From Azolla caroliniana (Eukaryota > Plantae > Polypodiophyta): a stretch of 64,000 bases of DNA. The position numbers were made by a program, and so were the translations under genes. Numbering within the stretch: the first letter of the stretch is position 1; each line of letters opens with the position of its first letter. Below are positions 62,237 through 64,000 of this stretch, piece by piece. The notes below the pieces were generated by a model. It was given only the letters and a program-made list of their open reading frames with translations. It searched no databases and was not told the DNA's origin. The stretch is taken from the NCBI GenBank assembly GCA_043228905.1, contig JBHGNT010000003.1:13020001-13084000 (forward strand), written 5' to 3'.

Positions 62237-64000
62237 ATGGAATCATCATCTCAAACTAATGCTGCAATAGACTCATCTTCAATTAATGTTAGTTGTGGGC
62301 CAACAAGGAGGTTAAGAAAAAGGCAATGCACATCATGGACAGATGCTCACATCATATTTTATATGGATAATGGCACACCTCGACGACGATGTCATCATTG
62401 TCATGTTTGTTGGTCTTCTACAACATCCATAGGCACTATAGCCAAGCATTTAGTAGAAAAGCATCGTTTATCAGGTGACGCAAACCAAAATTCAGGTATA
62501 TCACAGCACATTCAATCTTCAATTGAGTCTGCTAAAGTATCTCATGTTTTAGAGAAGAAAATTGATGGTGCCATCACGAAGTATATTGTGAAGGGAACAT
62601 TGCCCCATGCACATGTGGAATCACCTGAATTTAAGGAGTTCATACAACAAATTGTACCTGGATATCAAGTAAAGACCAGACGAACGATTAAGCGTTCCAT
62701 CCTAGAAATGTATGTGGTGTTGCGCCATCAGGTGATAGATTTGCTATCAATAGATTTTCCATAACTTTTGATGGTTGGTCAAATAGTAGTCTGAAGGGCT
62801 TCTACTCAGTGACACTTTATTGGGCATGTCATGAGACAACAAGGTTGAGGTCAATGTTATTGGACTTTGTGAATGTATTTCCAGATGTTGGATTAGGGAA
62901 ACGTTGTGCACATGCCCTCTTTGCTCGACTTTGATCCTTTGATATTTCTAGTCAAATCTTAGCTATAATTTTTGATGGAGCGAGTGATGCACAAGTGGCT
63001 GCAAAGGAGTTGAGCATGTTGTTACAAGATGCACATGGTAAGGAAATTTTGGCTTCCTCACGTATGTTAAGATGTATGGTACAAACTTTTCAGTTGGGTA
63101 TCAAGGCAGCATTAGAGGTTATCTCACCCTCAACAGAAAAGTTGAGAACAATGCTCCATACTATTAGATCTAGCAAGGTTCGAAGGGAAGTGTTTAGGAA
63201 GTATGCTAGGATGGTTGAACATCACGAAAGGGATCCCCCAAGGCTTGATGTGGTTACAAGATGGAAATCTACCTTGGAAATGTTTAGGCAAGCTATCAAG
63301 GATAGAGATTTATTGAACTTTACAATTTCAGATTTAACAATATCAAGTGATTTCAATGCTTATGTCTTGACCGGAGAAGACTAGAGTCACATACATGCCA
63401 TGGACGAATGGTTAGATACACCGACTGAGGTTTCTACTTTTTTGGGAGGGTCAAGATATCCCACATTATCACTAGCATCGCTAGCATATAATTGTTTACT
63501 AAATCATTGCAATCAATTTTTAGACTCTTCACGTCTAGGATCATCTAGATTCACACAAGAGGAGCTTCAAAGAGCGTCTGAGAACGCCTTACAATATTTA
63601 ATTAAGTATCAAGAATCGTTAAAGTCTATTCCATCTCGCATAGCAATGTTTCTTGACCGAGGTAATGCTTACCTTTATGTTGTACAATTTTCATCATGAT
63701 TTCTGATTTTTTATTTGAGTTAAAACCGTTTTATTTGTTTTATAGATTGCCTCTTCCAAATAATCATACAGAAAGAGAGTTAGATATTAAGTTAGTTGAA
63801 AGCATGATTGAGTCCCATTATCACTCGTTCTCGAGTGATGTCGAACCACCTTCGGCTTCAACCACAATACATGAAAATGATAAGAACTCTAAAATTTGGA
63901 GGTTAATGGGTGTAAATAATAAAAGCCTTGTTTCTAATTGACGGTCAGAAATTGAGTGCTTTATAAGACTTCCTTCGGCTGGCACAGACAAGGATCTTTT
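62237..64000 (+). pseudogene. hAT-superfamily transposase (BED finger plus DDE core), disrupted; runs off the window end
   Basis: BED-like CHHC...HLVEKH, RFSITFDGWSN, IIFDGASD, RCMVQTFQL, LDVVTRWKST, SRYPTLS. Likely intron ~63662-63745 and a splice acceptor just upstream of the ATG. One frameshift and stops. Confidence 0.9.

Noticed and set aside
62237-64000. Domesticated SLEEPER-type host gene
   Set aside because: A frameshift near 62750 and in-frame stops indicate a decayed transposase rather than a conserved gene.

Overview
Repeat-dense nuclear DNA from a land plant, most likely a leptosporangiate fern. That inference comes from a mitochondrial insertion carrying the fern-type atp1 group II intron and pre-edited codons. 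I found no intact host gene. About 47 kb (7410-54100) is one decayed Copia element inflated by nested insertions up to five levels deep. These include four Copia elements, three Gypsy elements, four solo LTRs, a 3.1-kb NUMT (rps11 3' end plus intron-containing atp1) and a 5S-rRNA-derived filler. Nearly every boundary is supported by LTR termini and target-site duplications (TSDs), and many also by restored host reading frames. Most notable: (1) a Gypsy lineage with TGTCGTG termini and a tRNA-Trp PBS whose three insertions all have 4-bp, CG-centred TSDs; (2) a candidate Pack-hAT element carrying co-oriented fragments of three unrelated host genes upstream of its own transposase; (3) a self-priming Tcn1-like chromovirus whose LTR contains a tRNA-like Pol III module; (4) the NUMT as a fossil record of bidirectional RNA editing sites. 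All identifications are by eye from motifs. No database search was run.
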